A model generated the notes under the pieces. It was not told the DNA's origin and did no database searches. It worked only from the letters and a program-made list of their open reading frames with translations. A stretch of 64,000 nt of DNA from an uncultured Acidobacteriota bacterium (GTDB lineage Bacteria > Acidobacteriota > UBA6911), in assembly GCA_963827655.1 (NCBI GenBank), contig CAWHCF010000010.1, forward strand, positions 85,503 to 149,502, given 5' to 3'. Each line of letters starts with the position of its first letter. The stretch's first letter is position 1. Made by a program: the position numbers and the translations under genes. Positions 20,956 through 31,628 of the stretch are shown here, in pieces.

Positions 20956-23400
20956 ATGCAAACACTCTGGCAGGACTTGCGTTATGCGACACGACTGATG
21001 CTTAACCAGCCCGGTTTCACAGCCGTGGCCGTCCTGACGCTGGCATTGGGGATCGGGGCAAACACCACAATCTACAGTGTCATCAATGCCGTCCTCCTTC
21101 GGCCGCTCCCCTACCCGGAGCCGGAGCAGATCGTCCGGGTCTTTGAGACCACCAGAAGCATGACCGAAAGCCCGGTTTCACCTCCCAACTTTGTTGACTG
21201 GAAGGGGCAGAGCCGCGTTTTCGAACGGATCGCGGCTTTTCAGGGATGGGCCGCCGGCTTCGCAGGTCCCGAAGGCGTCGAGCAGGTTTCCGCCCTCAGG
21301 ATCTCGGCGGACTTTTTCCCGTTGCTCGGGGTTACGACGTCGAGGGGTCGCGTTTTCCTCCCCGAAGATGACCGTCCCGGGAGTGACCGGGTGGTTATCC
21401 TCAGTCACGGCTTGTGGCTCTCGCGTTTTGGAGGCGATCCCGGCATGATCGGCAAGGGCCTCACGCTCGACGGTCAGAGTTTCACGGTGGCCGGCGTTCT
21501 GCCGCGCGACTTCGAATTCCTCTCGCCCGAAATCGGCATCTGGATTCCGCTGAGGCTTGGTGATGAAAGTCATCGCATGAAGCGCACCGAGCGCTATCTG
21601 CAGGTGATCGCCCGGCTCAAGCCAGGAGTGACACTGGAACAGGCGCAGGCAGAGATGAACGGCCTCGCGCTTGATCTGTCACGCCAGTATCCCGAAGCCA
21701 ATGCCAGTAGCGGGGCGCGCCTGGTTCCGCTGCACAAACACCTCGTCCGTAACTTGACAGATTCACTTCTGCTCGTGCTTGGGGCGGCATGCTTCGTGCT
21801 GCTCATCGCCTGCGCGAACGTGACCAATCTGCTGCTCGCCCGCGCCAGCGCAAGGCAGAAGGAGATGGCGATTCGCGCCACGCTTGGAGCCGGCCGCTGG
21901 CGGGTCATGCGCCAGCTCCTCACGGAATCCGCGCTGTTGTTTCTCCTCAGCGGCGCAATCGGGGTTTTACTCGCATGGTGGAGCCTTGACATACTCATCG
22001 CCCTCTGGCCGCGGAGCGGCGGCGCTCTCAGCTTTGCGGTCTCCCGCCTTCAGACCGGCGGCGTCGACCTTCGCGTACTGCTCTTCACTTCGCTGGTGTC
22101 ATTGGCCACCGGAATCGTCTTCGGCCTTGCTCCGGCCTGGCAGACGGCGCGCGGCAGCCTCAACCAATCGCTCAAGGAAGCGGGAAGAGGTTCAACGGTT
22201 AGCCTGACCGGACTCCGCTTGCGTCATACGCTCGTGGTGAGTGAAATCGCGGTTGCGCTGGCTCTGCTGATCGGAGCAGGGTTACTCATCAACAGCCTGT
22301 GGCGTCTTCATAACGTGAATCCGGGATTCAATCCTGAACGTGTGATAACTATGCAGGTCGCTTCACCGGTGGTTGCGTCCAAGGAAGGAAAAGAACAGCA
22401 ACCGGCTGCTTTTTTCCACGAGGTCGTGTCCCAGGTCGAGGCCGTGCCGGGCGTCCAGTCGGCAAGTGTCATTAACACGACGCCACTGGCAGGCGAAGGC
22501 TCACTGACTCGTTTCACGATTGAAAACCGCCCGCCGGCTTCGCCGGCTGACGTACCGATGGTGAATTACCGGGTCGTCGGGCCGGGGTATTTTCGCGTGA
22601 TGGATATTCGTCTGATGCAAGGCCGGCATTTCGTCGAAGCTGACGGGTCCGATTCAACGGCAGTCGTCATCATCAACGAAGCCCTGGCGCGGCGATTCTG
22701 GTCCGACGCGAGCCCGATAGGCCAACGCATCCGTCGCGGCGGCCTCGACGGGTTCGGTCCCTGGTACGTCATTGTAGGGGTGGTAAGCGATGTCAGGGCT
22801 TACGGGATCGACGCCGACCCGCGACCGGAAATCTTCATTCCGCACGCTCAGTTTCGCTTGCCGCAAATGACCCTGGTCGCGCGAACCGCGGGTGATCCGT
22901 CGCAGCTCGTCAATGCGATCCGCGCACAGATTCGAGCTGTCAACCGGAACGCGCCGATCACCGGAGTGCAGACCATGGAGCAGTTGCTCTCGAGGTCGGT
23001 CATGGCGCGGCGATTCACCATGGCACTACTCACCGTTTTTGCCGGGCTGGCTTTGATCCTCGCCGCGGTTGGTATTTTCGGCGTGATGTCTTATTCGGTC
23101 ACCGAGCGCACGCGCGAGATCGGCATCCGCATGGCTTTGGGCGCGCGAGCGGGCGATGTGGTGAAGGTGATCGTCAGGCAAGGGATGATACTTGCAGTGA
23201 TTGGCATCGTGTTTGGTCTGGCGGCATCGTTCGCGCTGACGCCGTTGATGCAAAGTCTGCTGTTCGGCGTGAGCCCGACCGATCCGGTGACGTTTATCGT
23301 GCTTGCGTTCTTGCTCGCTGCAGTGGCTCTAGCGGCCTGCCATCTTCCGGCCCGGCGAGCGGCAAGAGTCGATCCCATGGTGACGCTGCGGCACGAGTGA
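20956..23400 (+). CDS. ADOP-family duplicated permease (MacB-like periplasmic core domain + FtsX, two copies)
   Basis: RBS GGGAGGAT is followed by ATG 20956. The N-terminus [60 protein letters not shown] is the diagnostic ADOP start. Two FtsX-like four-TM blocks are predicted. The tracked ORF starts 63 codons upstream at 20767. Confidence 0.75.
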   Translation: MQTLWQDLRYATRLMLNQPGFTAVAVLTLALGIGANTTIYSVINAVLLRPLPYPEPEQIVRVFETTRSMTESPVSPPNFVDWKGQSRVFERIAAFQGWAAGFAGPEGVEQVSALRISADFFPLLGVTTSRGRVFLPEDDRPGSDRVVILSHGLWLSRFGGDPGMIGKGLTLDGQSFTVAGVLPRDFEFLSPEIGIWIPLRLGDESHRMKRTERYLQVIARLKPGVTLEQAQAEMNGLALDLSRQYPEANASSGARLVPLHKHLVRNLTDSLLLVLGAACFVLLIACANVTNLLLARASARQKEMAIRATLGAGRWRVMRQLLTESALLFLLSGAIGVLLAWWSLDILIALWPRSGGALSFAVSRLQTGGVDLRVLLFTSLVSLATGIVFGLAPAWQTARGSLNQSLKEAGRGSTVSLTGLRLRHTLVVSEIAVALALLIGAGLLINSLWRLHNVNPGFNPERVITMQVASPVVASKEGKEQQPAAFFHEVVSQVEAVPGVQSASVINTTPLAGEGSLTRFTIENRPPASPADVPMVNYRVVGPGYFRVMDIRLMQGRHFVEADGSDSTAVVIINEALARRFWSDASPIGQRIRRGGLDGFGPWYVIVGVVSDVRAYGIDADPRPEIFIPHAQFRLPQMTLVARTAGDPSQLVNAIRAQIRAVNRNAPITGVQTMEQLLSRSVMARRFTMALLTVFAGLALILAAVGIFGVMSYSVTERTREIGIRMALGARAGDVVKVIVRQGMILAVIGIVFGLAASFALTPLMQSLLFGVSPTDPVTFIVLAFLLAAVALAACHLPARRAARVDPMVTLRHE

Positions 23401-23614
23401 GATACGTGGTCGCGTCGCCAGTCGAACTCTTGTTCGCGGCCATTGTCGGTGTGCTCGTTAAGGCTCTACTACACCCAGCCCGATAAAGTAGTCCCGGTAA
23501 TAGCCGCGGTCGCGGGCCACAACCGTGGTGACGAAGAAACCGCTGGCCGTCAGGTGAGGGTTCGTAGCTCGACGACGTCGTCAACGAGAACAGCGCGCGC
23601 GGCTCTCGTTCAAT

Positions 23615-26600
23615 TCATGGTGCCAGCCGCTTCAATTCCTCAAACCAGTTCTGAACCACGATCATCTGTGTGATGACATCAGGTGGACGCTCTCGGGCTT
23701 GAATCAGTAAAAACCGTTGGCCGTCGGCAGTCACGTCATACCCACGCGCCGGCTGGTTCATCTGGTACGGCCCTTCGAACAGCGCACCGGGCTTGCCAAA
23801 AGTCAACGCAGGTTGCGTGGTAACGCCCACTGCCATCATCTGGACATCGAGCGTTTCCTGAGGCGGCGTCCCGACCCTCTGCCGCGCGTAGAAGAGCTCG
23901 CGGCCATCAGCACGCCAGATTGGGGACATCCCGCCGTCCGTGGACACCTGATAGCGCGGCCCGGGGCCGGGATGCGCCTGAACATATACCTGAAGCTGGC
24001 CGGAGTCATCCGAGTGGTAGGCAATCCAGCGTCCGTCGGGGGACACATCGACTCCTCCTCGGTTTTGCGACCCAACCGGGGCGGGTATGCCCTTCAACGC
24101 GCCGTTCTGAGAAAACAAGGTCTCCTGTCTACCCGAGAGGAAGGCGCTTGGCCCTGGGTAATACAGCAGCTCTCCAGCAGCCGTCCACGTACCGGGGACG
24201 AGGTTGTGCTCGCTGGCGATGAGCTGCTCCGGGAGCCCGCCGCCGTCGGCCCGAACTCGGTACAGCTTGTCCGCACCTGCGGTGCTCGAGGCGTAAGTGA
24301 TCCAGTAGCCATCGCGCGACCAGATCGGCACGTTGAGGCGCCCAGGAAGCGACAGCCTGGTCAGCATCTCTCGCGCGAGCGAATACAGCCAGATGTCCCG
24401 GTCGCGGCCGAAGGTATTGAGAGCGATCTGCCGTCCATCGGGCGAGAGGCGCAGGGTAGCAAACGCACGCGGCGGAATCGGAAGAGTCTCAGATCGTCCT
24501 GTCCGGTCGACCCGTACCACCGATCGTTCGGCCGGGGCAAAGACGCCGCCCGGCAGGTAGACCAGCGTACCGGTCGACGCGGCGGTAAATTGCGCGACAC
24601 CCGAATCGCTCATCCCCTCACGTGCATACGCCGCCTGCATGACGTCAGCAACCACTCCGACCGGCCCCCCCCTCACCTCGAGGCGCTGCAGATCGAACCG
24701 TGCGGCAAGCAGGACGCCTTCCCGCGCGTACACAAGGTGGCCGCTCGAGACATACCGGGCATCGGCGCCCCCATTGATGAGCGGTCGCGTGAGGCGCGTT
24801 CGACGCGAATAGACGCGGATCTGCGTCTGGTCCCATCGTGGAAACCGGTGGTGCGTAACGGTAAAGAGAATGGCATCGCCTCCCGGCAGCACGTGCGGAA
24901 GACGGTAACTGACCTCACCACGGGATTGATCGGGAGTGATGATTTCGGTCGGCGCACCGCCCGAGGCCGCAACTTCCCAAAGTGCCCCCGGCCGCCGAGC
25001 GAACACGATCCGGTCGTCGTCCCCCCAGCTGGCGCCGAGCGGTCCAAGGACCAACCCCGTGTCGGCGACGTGGACGGAGGGGCCGCCGGCCAGCGGCAGT
25101 TTGCGTATCTCACCGGCGACGAAGAAACCCACCCACTTCCCGTCGGGCGAAAAGAAGGGGCTGATAGCGCCCTCGGTGCCCGGAATCATGGTGGCATCCG
25201 CCTGATCGAACTGCCGAACATAGAGGGCTCGTCGATTCGCGCGCAGCGCCGAAAACACGAGCGTTCGACCGTCCGGAGACAACGCGAGCGCGGCTCGCGT
25301 CGGACGCCCCTCTATGCCGCCCAATTGATCCGCAGGCGTTACTCCTACCAGAAGCCGTGTCACTTGAGCCGAGGCAGCGGGGCCGCGTCCCGCACTGAAC
25401 CAGCCGCTGGCAAGGGCGGCTATCGCCACGAGAGCGATCGCCCAGCCAGCGTAGGCGAGGCGCGCATACGAGGGTCGGCCGCGTTCCCCGGTGCCGTCGC
25501 CTGACGGCAGCTCGAGGGCGCCCTCCAGCGCGAGACGCACGTCGGCGATATCGTGGAAGCGCTGTCGCAAGTCCTTCTGCAGACAACGCCGCAGGGACAG
25601 CCGCAGTGCCGCGGGTGTATCCACCGGGAGCGCACTCCAATCGGGTTCCGACTTGATTACGTTGGCGAGCACCTCGGCGACGCCGTCGCCCGCGAGCGCG
25701 GGCGCGCCTGTGAGCATCTCGTAGACCACACAACCAAACGCCCAGATATCGGTGCGCTTGTCGGCCAGCCGTCCGCGCGCCTGCTCAGGGCTCATGTAGG
25801 GCGCAGTGCCCAGCAGCACGCCGTCTTGCGTGTCACACACTGCGACCGTCGGTGAATTCGCAAGCTGGGGCCCGCCGCCGGTGCCGCCCATCGCCCTCGC
25901 GAGGCCGAAGTCGAGCACTTTCACACGCCCCTCGGGCGTGATCTTGATGTTGGCCGGTTTCAGGTCCCGGTGGACGATGCCGCGCTCGTGCGCCGCCTCG
26001 AGCGCCTCGATCACCTGGCTCGCGATGCTCATGACCTCGTCGATGGGCAGGCCGGGTCCTGCAGGACCCGCCCGACGCGCGATGCGGTCGGCGAGCGTCT
26101 CGCCCTCGACCAATTCCAACACGAGCGCCTTGACCGCCAGCCCCCCGCGTGTCGAAGCATCGCTCTCGTGGACGCCATAGATGGCGCCAATGTTGGGATG
26201 GTTGAGCGACGCCAGCAGGCGCGCCTCGCGGTCGAAGCGGGCGCGCCGGTCGGGATCGGCGAGCCACAGGTCGGGCAGGATCTTGACGGCGACGTCGCGG
26301 CCGAGCGCCGTGTCGCGGGCTCGATAGACCTGGCCCATGCCGCCGGCCCCGAGCAGTCCGGTGATCTCGTAGGTTCCGAGGTGGTCGCCCGCCGTGAGCG
26401 CGTGCGTCGGATCGTTGAGAGCGCCCGCGACGGCATCGAACACAGGTCCGCGTATCGCGCGACCAACCAGGTGTTCGAAGACAGATCCGTGGCCGGCATC
26501 GGCGGCCAGCAGCGATTCGACCTCGCCCTGAAGCACGCGGTCATCACCGCACAAGTCACGCACGAGTGCCGAGCGATCTTCGATGCGACAGGACACGGCC

Positions 26601-26647
26601 GAGTCGAAGATCTCCTTCACTCGCCTCCAGCGCTCGGCCTCGCTCAC
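23615..26647 (-). CDS. Ser/Thr protein kinase with transmembrane segment and C-terminal TolB-like (PD40/WD40) beta-propeller
   Basis: Kinase subdomains GLLGAGGMGQVYRA, VAVKIL and HRDLKPANI, plus the DFG and SPEQ regions. The C-terminal ~600 aa are rich in PD40-like repeats (SPDG.., DIW..). Its start overlaps the upstream ECF sigma stop by 4 nt. Confidence 0.75.
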   Translation of the reverse strand: MSEAERWRRVKEIFDSAVSCRIEDRSALVRDLCGDDRVLQGEVESLLAADAGHGSVFEHLVGRAIRGPVFDAVAGALNDPTHALTAGDHLGTYEITGLLGAGGMGQVYRARDTALGRDVAVKILPDLWLADPDRRARFDREARLLASLNHPNIGAIYGVHESDASTRGGLAVKALVLELVEGETLADRIARRAGPAGPGLPIDEVMSIASQVIEALEAAHERGIVHRDLKPANIKITPEGRVKVLDFGLARAMGGTGGGPQLANSPTVAVCDTQDGVLLGTAPYMSPEQARGRLADKRTDIWAFGCVVYEMLTGAPALAGDGVAEVLANVIKSEPDWSALPVDTPAALRLSLRRCLQKDLRQRFHDIADVRLALEGALELPSGDGTGERGRPSYARLAYAGWAIALVAIAALASGWFSAGRGPAASAQVTRLLVGVTPADQLGGIEGRPTRAALALSPDGRTLVFSALRANRRALYVRQFDQADATMIPGTEGAISPFFSPDGKWVGFFVAGEIRKLPLAGGPSVHVADTGLVLGPLGASWGDDDRIVFARRPGALWEVAASGGAPTEIITPDQSRGEVSYRLPHVLPGGDAILFTVTHHRFPRWDQTQIRVYSRRTRLTRPLINGGADARYVSSGHLVYAREGVLLAARFDLQRLEVRGGPVGVVADVMQAAYAREGMSDSGVAQFTAASTGTLVYLPGGVFAPAERSVVRVDRTGRSETLPIPPRAFATLRLSPDGRQIALNTFGRDRDIWLYSLAREMLTRLSLPGRLNVPIWSRDGYWITYASSTAGADKLYRVRADGGGLPEQLIASEHNLVPGTWTAAGELLYYPGPSAFLSGRQETLFSQNGALKGIPAPVGSQNRGGVDVSPDGRWIAYHSDDSGQLQVYVQAHPGPGPRYQVSTDGGMSPIWRADGRELFYARQRVGTPPQETLDVQMMAVGVTTQPALTFGKPGALFEGPYQMNQPARGYDVTADGQRFLLIQARERPPDVITQMIVVQNWFEELKRLAP

Positions 26648-27231
26648 GTCAACTCCCGGGACCAGCCCGACGTCATTCGACGATAGAGCCAGGCCTTCGC
26701 GCTTCTCAGCTCTCTGGCTACCGTCGATCGTGAGACCGACATGGCAGCGGCGACCTCGTCTTCAGTGAGTCCGCCGAAGTAACACAGCTCGACGATGCTG
26801 CCTTGCCGCTGGTCGAGGTGAGCAAGCTCGGACAACGCTTGATCCAACAGGAGGAGATCGCACCCGCGGGGATCAATGCCCGCGAGGTCGCTGTCGAGCG
26901 TCACCCGCAGCGCTCCGTCCGGACGTTTTGCCGCCGCCCGGGCGCGGGCGTGGTCCACGAGAACCCGCCGCATCATTCGCGACGCCAGCGCGAAGAAGTG
27001 CGCACGGCTTTGCCAGTCGACCTCTCGCTGGCCGAGCAGGCGCAGATAGGCTTCGTGTACCAGCGCGGTGGGTTGGAGCGTGTGGTCACGGCGGTCACGG
27101 CGCAGATGGCCCGCGGCGCGCCGCCGCAACTCGTCGTACACGATCGGCAGCAGCTTCTCCTCCGCGTGCGGATTCCCTTCCGACCATGCCCGGAGCAGAC
27201 GCGTCACCACGCCCGTTGACGCCGATTGCAT
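26644..27231 (-). CDS. ECF-type RNA polymerase sigma factor (sigma-70 regions 2 and 4; the ECF subgroup typically encoded with Ser/Thr kinases)
   Basis: Region 2 (LVHEAYLRL) and region 4 HTH (LTEDEVAAAMSVSRSTVARELRSAKAWL) are present. A start at MQSASTGVVTRLLRAWSEG (27231) is more likely than the tracked 27309. Confidence 0.7.
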   Translation of the reverse strand: MQSASTGVVTRLLRAWSEGNPHAEEKLLPIVYDELRRRAAGHLRRDRRDHTLQPTALVHEAYLRLLGQREVDWQSRAHFFALASRMMRRVLVDHARARAAAKRPDGALRVTLDSDLAGIDPRGCDLLLLDQALSELAHLDQRQGSIVELCYFGGLTEDEVAAAMSVSRSTVARELRSAKAWLYRRMTSGWSRELT

Positions 27232-27508
27232 ATCTGTGCGCCCCCCCTCGGTCGAAACCGTGACACAACCGAGTCGAATTTTCCGCGTTAAATAGTAGCG
27301 AGTGACCATGACTATGCCACCAGAGCCGGGCTTGAGTCAAGGCGGGCGCGCCATTTCCAAGGACGGATTGAGTCTCTACCTCCACTCCGACTGACCTGGC
27401 GATGCGCAAGACGGTGTTCGCTCCCTGGTCTTGTTGGGTGCGTCTCCTATCGCCGGGGCCTCTGACGTCATCGGAAACGGTCATTCCGATCGGAAAGGAG
27501 TAACGACG

Positions 27509-28770
27509 ATGAAAGCGAAGTTCAAGTACGCTCCGATTCTCTCGACCCTGCTGGTTGTCGTGGTTGCTGGACGCGGGGCATTCGCCGAGGACATTCGCGG
27601 AGCGATCGCAGCGACCAAGATTATAGCGGAGGACAGTCGGTTGGTGGGCGATGTGACTTGTAGCGTTATAGACAATCCCTGTATCGCGTTAGTCGCCTCC
27701 GGGATCAAGCTGTCGCTCAATGGATTCACGATCACGGGTCCCGCTAATCCGGACGATTCTGCCACCTGTAATCCGGGTGGAGGTCCGCCGCCCGCGGACC
27801 TCATAAATATCGCCAACCTGACGGATGTGCAAATCCTCGGTCCCGGTCTGGTACAGCGAGCTCGTAGAAACGGAATCTACATCGGGGGGGCGGCCAACAC
27901 GAGAATTACAGTGAAGCAAGTGACACTGCATCACAACTGTGGAAGCGGTATCATGACCGCCAACATGTGGGACAGCATCATCGAGGGAAATACTTCGATC
28001 AGGAATGCGATGAACTCTGGTGCAGCTCCACGTGGAGGCCATACGCTTCTCGACAGCAACAATAATCACGTTCGGAGGAACCAATTCAGCGGCAACGGCT
28101 CGGTCTGTCCGACTCCTGCTTGCACCGCTGCTGCCGCGACAGCAGCTTCCAATAACGACTTCGGCGTGGGTCTCATCGGCACCAGCAGTGGCAATCTGAT
28201 CGAATCGAACAGCATCACCGGGAATACAAATGGGGTACTCGTCGAAGTGGGTGCCGCCGGTAATGTTGTCCGCCAGAACAGCATTGCCGGGAACCCTCCC
28301 AGTCAGATCTCGCGAGATTACGGTCCGATCGGATTCGACATAATGGACCAATCGGCAACCAACGGCGCCCGCAACATGATCGAAAGCAACCAGTGTATTT
28401 CGTATTCTGGCCCCGGACCGAGTCCTTGTCCCAACTTGCCAGCGGGCGATGTAACGACGATACTGACCGCCGCGAACGCGCCGAGCGCCACGGGTGTGTC
28501 TTTCGCTTCAAGTGCGGTGAACGCCGGCGGCTCATTCACGGCCACATTCTCGGGCAGCAATCTCAGTGCGACTACGTACTTCGATGTGAGATTCCGGATG
28601 CCAGGATCGACGACAGATCTCATAGCGCTGAATTGGCAGCGGGGAACATCCGCGCCACACGTTTTGGCCGTTGGCACATCGGCGGGCAGGATGGATTGTC
28701 ACCGGTGTGCGGGCACATACGGACTCCGGCGATGCAGCTGGTCCATTTACTCAGGTTTCTGCGACGCTAA
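27509..28770 (+). CDS. Secreted right-handed parallel beta-helix repeat protein (pectate-lyase/NosD-like) with a C-terminal ~60-aa module shared with the neighbouring esterase; probable frameshift near 28665 (the tracked ORF reads through to 29287)
   Basis: RBS GGAAAGGAG is followed by ATG 27509 and signal peptide MKAKFKYAPILSTLLVVVVAGRGAFA. Repeated N-x-I/V-x-x-N motifs are typical of PbH1 repeats. After ...SAPHV, an alternate frame continues the homology (FGRWHIGGQDG...) to a stop at 28770, just before a strong terminator hairpin. Confidence 0.5.
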
Positions 28771-28828
28771 GCGTGGTCCCATAAGTTGGATTGAGAACCG
28801 TCGCAAGTCGTCAAAAAGTAGAAAGTTG

Positions 28829-28875
28829 AAAGTGCTGAGTCCAAAGGCTTTCAACTCAGCACTCAGCACTTTTTA
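28829..28875. terminator. Rho-independent-like terminator hairpin between convergent genes (12-bp stem AAAGTGCTGAGT/ACTCAGCACTTT followed by TTTTT)
   Basis: A perfect inverted repeat with a T-run on the + strand, read directly from the sequence. It sits between the beta-helix gene and the minus-strand carboxylesterase. Confidence 0.6.
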
Positions 28876-28900
28876 CTCTAATGTTACACCCTGTGAAGAT

Positions 28901-31464
28901 TCAGGGCGCCGAAGCTGGAACGGATCCGACCACAGAACGGAAGAAGAAAGGCTTCAGGAAATCGCATGGCTGCGACCGCAAACCTCTGCTTTCTCTTATA
29001 ACAGAATCAAGGATCAGGTATTCGTCGCCGCTCACAAATGCGATTGGATATTGGTACGCGGACCAATGCACGGCAGTATTGTCGCTCGTGCGGTTAGGAT
29101 CTCCATAAGCTGCAAAGCGGGTCCAATAAGCGCCCATCGAGCGTCGAAAGCGCAACGGTCCGCTGCGTTGAGCACACGGTTATCTGGAGCGCCAAAGTCA
29201 TTTCCAAACACGAAGTTCGTGTCGAGGCCATGGATGACGCGGTTGGAAGCGAGACCGTCGACCACATACTCAAACGAATACAAGTAGACCGGCGTCAGCG
29301 TTCGAGCGACGAGTTCGGCCAGTCGGGTTGTTTCGCAGACATATTCGACGTCGCCGGTAAGCTGAGCCAGCGCCTCCTTGGGTGTTGCGAAATCCTGTGG
29401 CCGGTACCTGGCGAGAACTGCTGGAGCGTCGCGGCCAAATTCCACTTCGACCGCCGCTTGATATTGTGCGGCGCTAAGGCCGCCGGGAAAGCTCCGGTCA
29501 ACAAAAGCCCAGCCTTCGTCTCGAGTTGCTCCGAGAAGGATGGGGACACGATTGAAAGCCCCTCGTTCGTACAGGAAGCGAGGCTGATCCGGGATCTCCA
29601 GGCCATCGACAACCGGACTCCAATGGGCGGCAGTCTCGACAAATTCCCACCTGGCGGCGGTGCGCAACGCTCGAAGCACCTCATCTCTCGACTTGGATCG
29701 CATGCACGAAAGAACCTGCGACGGATTCGCACAACCGAGAGCGGCTGCGAAATCATTGCCCTGCGACTCTGCTTCTTCTCGTGTTTTCCATCGGCTTGAC
29801 GCGTAACCACTCTCCATCACAGCCCGATGGAATAGTCCTGCACTTCGAGGCGATACCAGGTGGAGACTCACACTGTGCGCTCCGGCCGATTGCCCGGCAA
29901 TCGTGATATTGCCTGGGTCTCCTCCCAATGAAGCGATGTTGTCCCTCACCCAAACCATAGCCGCACGCTGGTCCAGAAGCCCGTAATTGCCGGATGAACG
30001 GTAATCCGGATTCTCGTTGGTGAGGGCGCTGTGGGCAAGGAAACCGAAAGGACCGAGACGATAATTGGGAGCGACAACGATTACACCATTCTGTTCGGCA
30101 AGCTTCTGGCCATTGTGAGCTGCAAAGTTGGCGGAAGCTGCAACAAAGGCGCCGGTGTGAATCCAGACGATCACGGGCGCCGGTGGCGTGGGAGTCCGCT
30201 TGGGTATCCAGACATTGAGTTTCAAGCAGTCTTCGGATCCTGCGGCTGCCCAGCCTGGTTCAGGAGCGCAGAGAGGAGGTGACGTCGCAAAAAGAATCGA
30301 AGGGCTCCAGGGCGGACTCGGCTGCGGCGGTTGCCATCTGAGATTCTCCAACGGCGCGGCAGCATAGGGAATGCCTAAGAAGGCACAAGAAGCGCCAAGA
30401 TCCTGTCCTTGGATGGCTCCGGAGGGTGTTGTTATGAAGCAGGTCGATGAGATAACTGCAAGAGTCGCGGAGACGGCATCGAAATCACCGCTATGTTCGT
30501 CTCTGTCTTGGTGCGCTCGTACGCCGTTTATCGTCCAGTTTCCAAGGGCAGTACCGGGGACGATGCCGTGGCTTCCCGACAGTCCCTGCTGCCAATTGAG
30601 AACCACCAGGTCGCTCGAGCTGCCTGGAGCACGAAAGCGTACGTCCAGGTAAGTGTCGTTGGTAACATTCGTACCCGCGAACTTTGCAACAAAGGAGCTA
30701 CCAACCTGCGCTGTAGCCGGTTCGAACTTCAGTTCGCTGACGACCGGGTTCGAGTCAACGCCGGACCATGAGACAGCGTTAGCAACCAGGCGGCCGTAAG
30801 TCGCATTTCCGAGTTCCAGCGTGCCAAGCACAGTGGAAAACTGGATGACGCGACCCGAACCAAACTGCCAGCCCACGACGCCTGCTCCCCCCGACCCTCC
30901 CGCGCTTGTGTAGAAAACAGTGGCGCCTCTTCTTGGGGCAAAATAAGTCTCCGTCCCATAGTAGTAATCAGCCGTAAACGTCAGTGTCGAAGGGACACCG
31001 CTGTTGAGCAGTGGATCCGGAGTAGCTTCTTTGTAGGTAATGGAGCGGCTTTCACTATAGGAGACATTCGGCAGCACCGGAAGAACGGGAACTAACGCCG
31101 CAAAAGAGCGGAATGCCGACATGCAAATCGTCCATTCGCTTGTCACAAGCCCGCCGCCGGCTGAGACAAAGTTCACCAGCGCGTTCTGACCAGCCAACGG
31201 CATATCGCCACTTTCGTCGCCCAGATTGGGCAGCAAAACCACGACCTTCTGTCCAGCAAGCCCTTCGCCAGAGAACCCCGTAAACTCGTTGCCCAGAGTG
31301 ACGACGTGGCCTTGGTCTTGCAGAATGGTTCGCAGCTGGTCATCGAGGGCTGTCGAACCGCTTGAGAGAACGAGCACGTCGTGAGCGGACGCCGATGCCG
31401 GACCTAGTGCGCCTAATACCAAAGTTGTGAGTGCAGTAAAGAGCGTGGTCGTGAGCCTTCGCAT
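28901..31464 (-). CDS. Secreted multidomain carboxylesterase type B (N-terminal ThuA/GATase-like domain + shared ~60-aa module + COesterase), with an apparent frameshift near 29150 (fragments 29032..31464 and 28901..29155)
   Basis: Signal peptide MRRLTTTLFTALTTLVLGALGPASASA. COesterase motifs EDCL.LNVW, the G-Q-S-A-G nucleophile elbow (IAGQSAGAHS) and HGLDTNFVFG are present. The expected C-terminus (..MGAYWTRFAAYGDPN..YLILD..GLRSQPCDFL) is in the frame of ORF 28901..29155. Confidence 0.65.
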
Positions 31465-31628
31465 TCGATTCTCCTCTCTGATGGTTGTCTGTGTTAGATG
31501 TCGGCCCGGAACACGCCTGGCTTCGGGCGTGTGTGCCAGAGAGTAGGCGTCGTGCCATGTCGAAGTCCTTGCAAAAAGCTCCCAAAATAGTCCAAAATTC
31601 CCCCTTCTAACAATTTCCGGGAATATCT

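Noticed and set aside
23717-25504. 595-codon plus-strand ORF
   Set aside because: Antisense to the Ser/Thr kinase gene. No recognisable domains.
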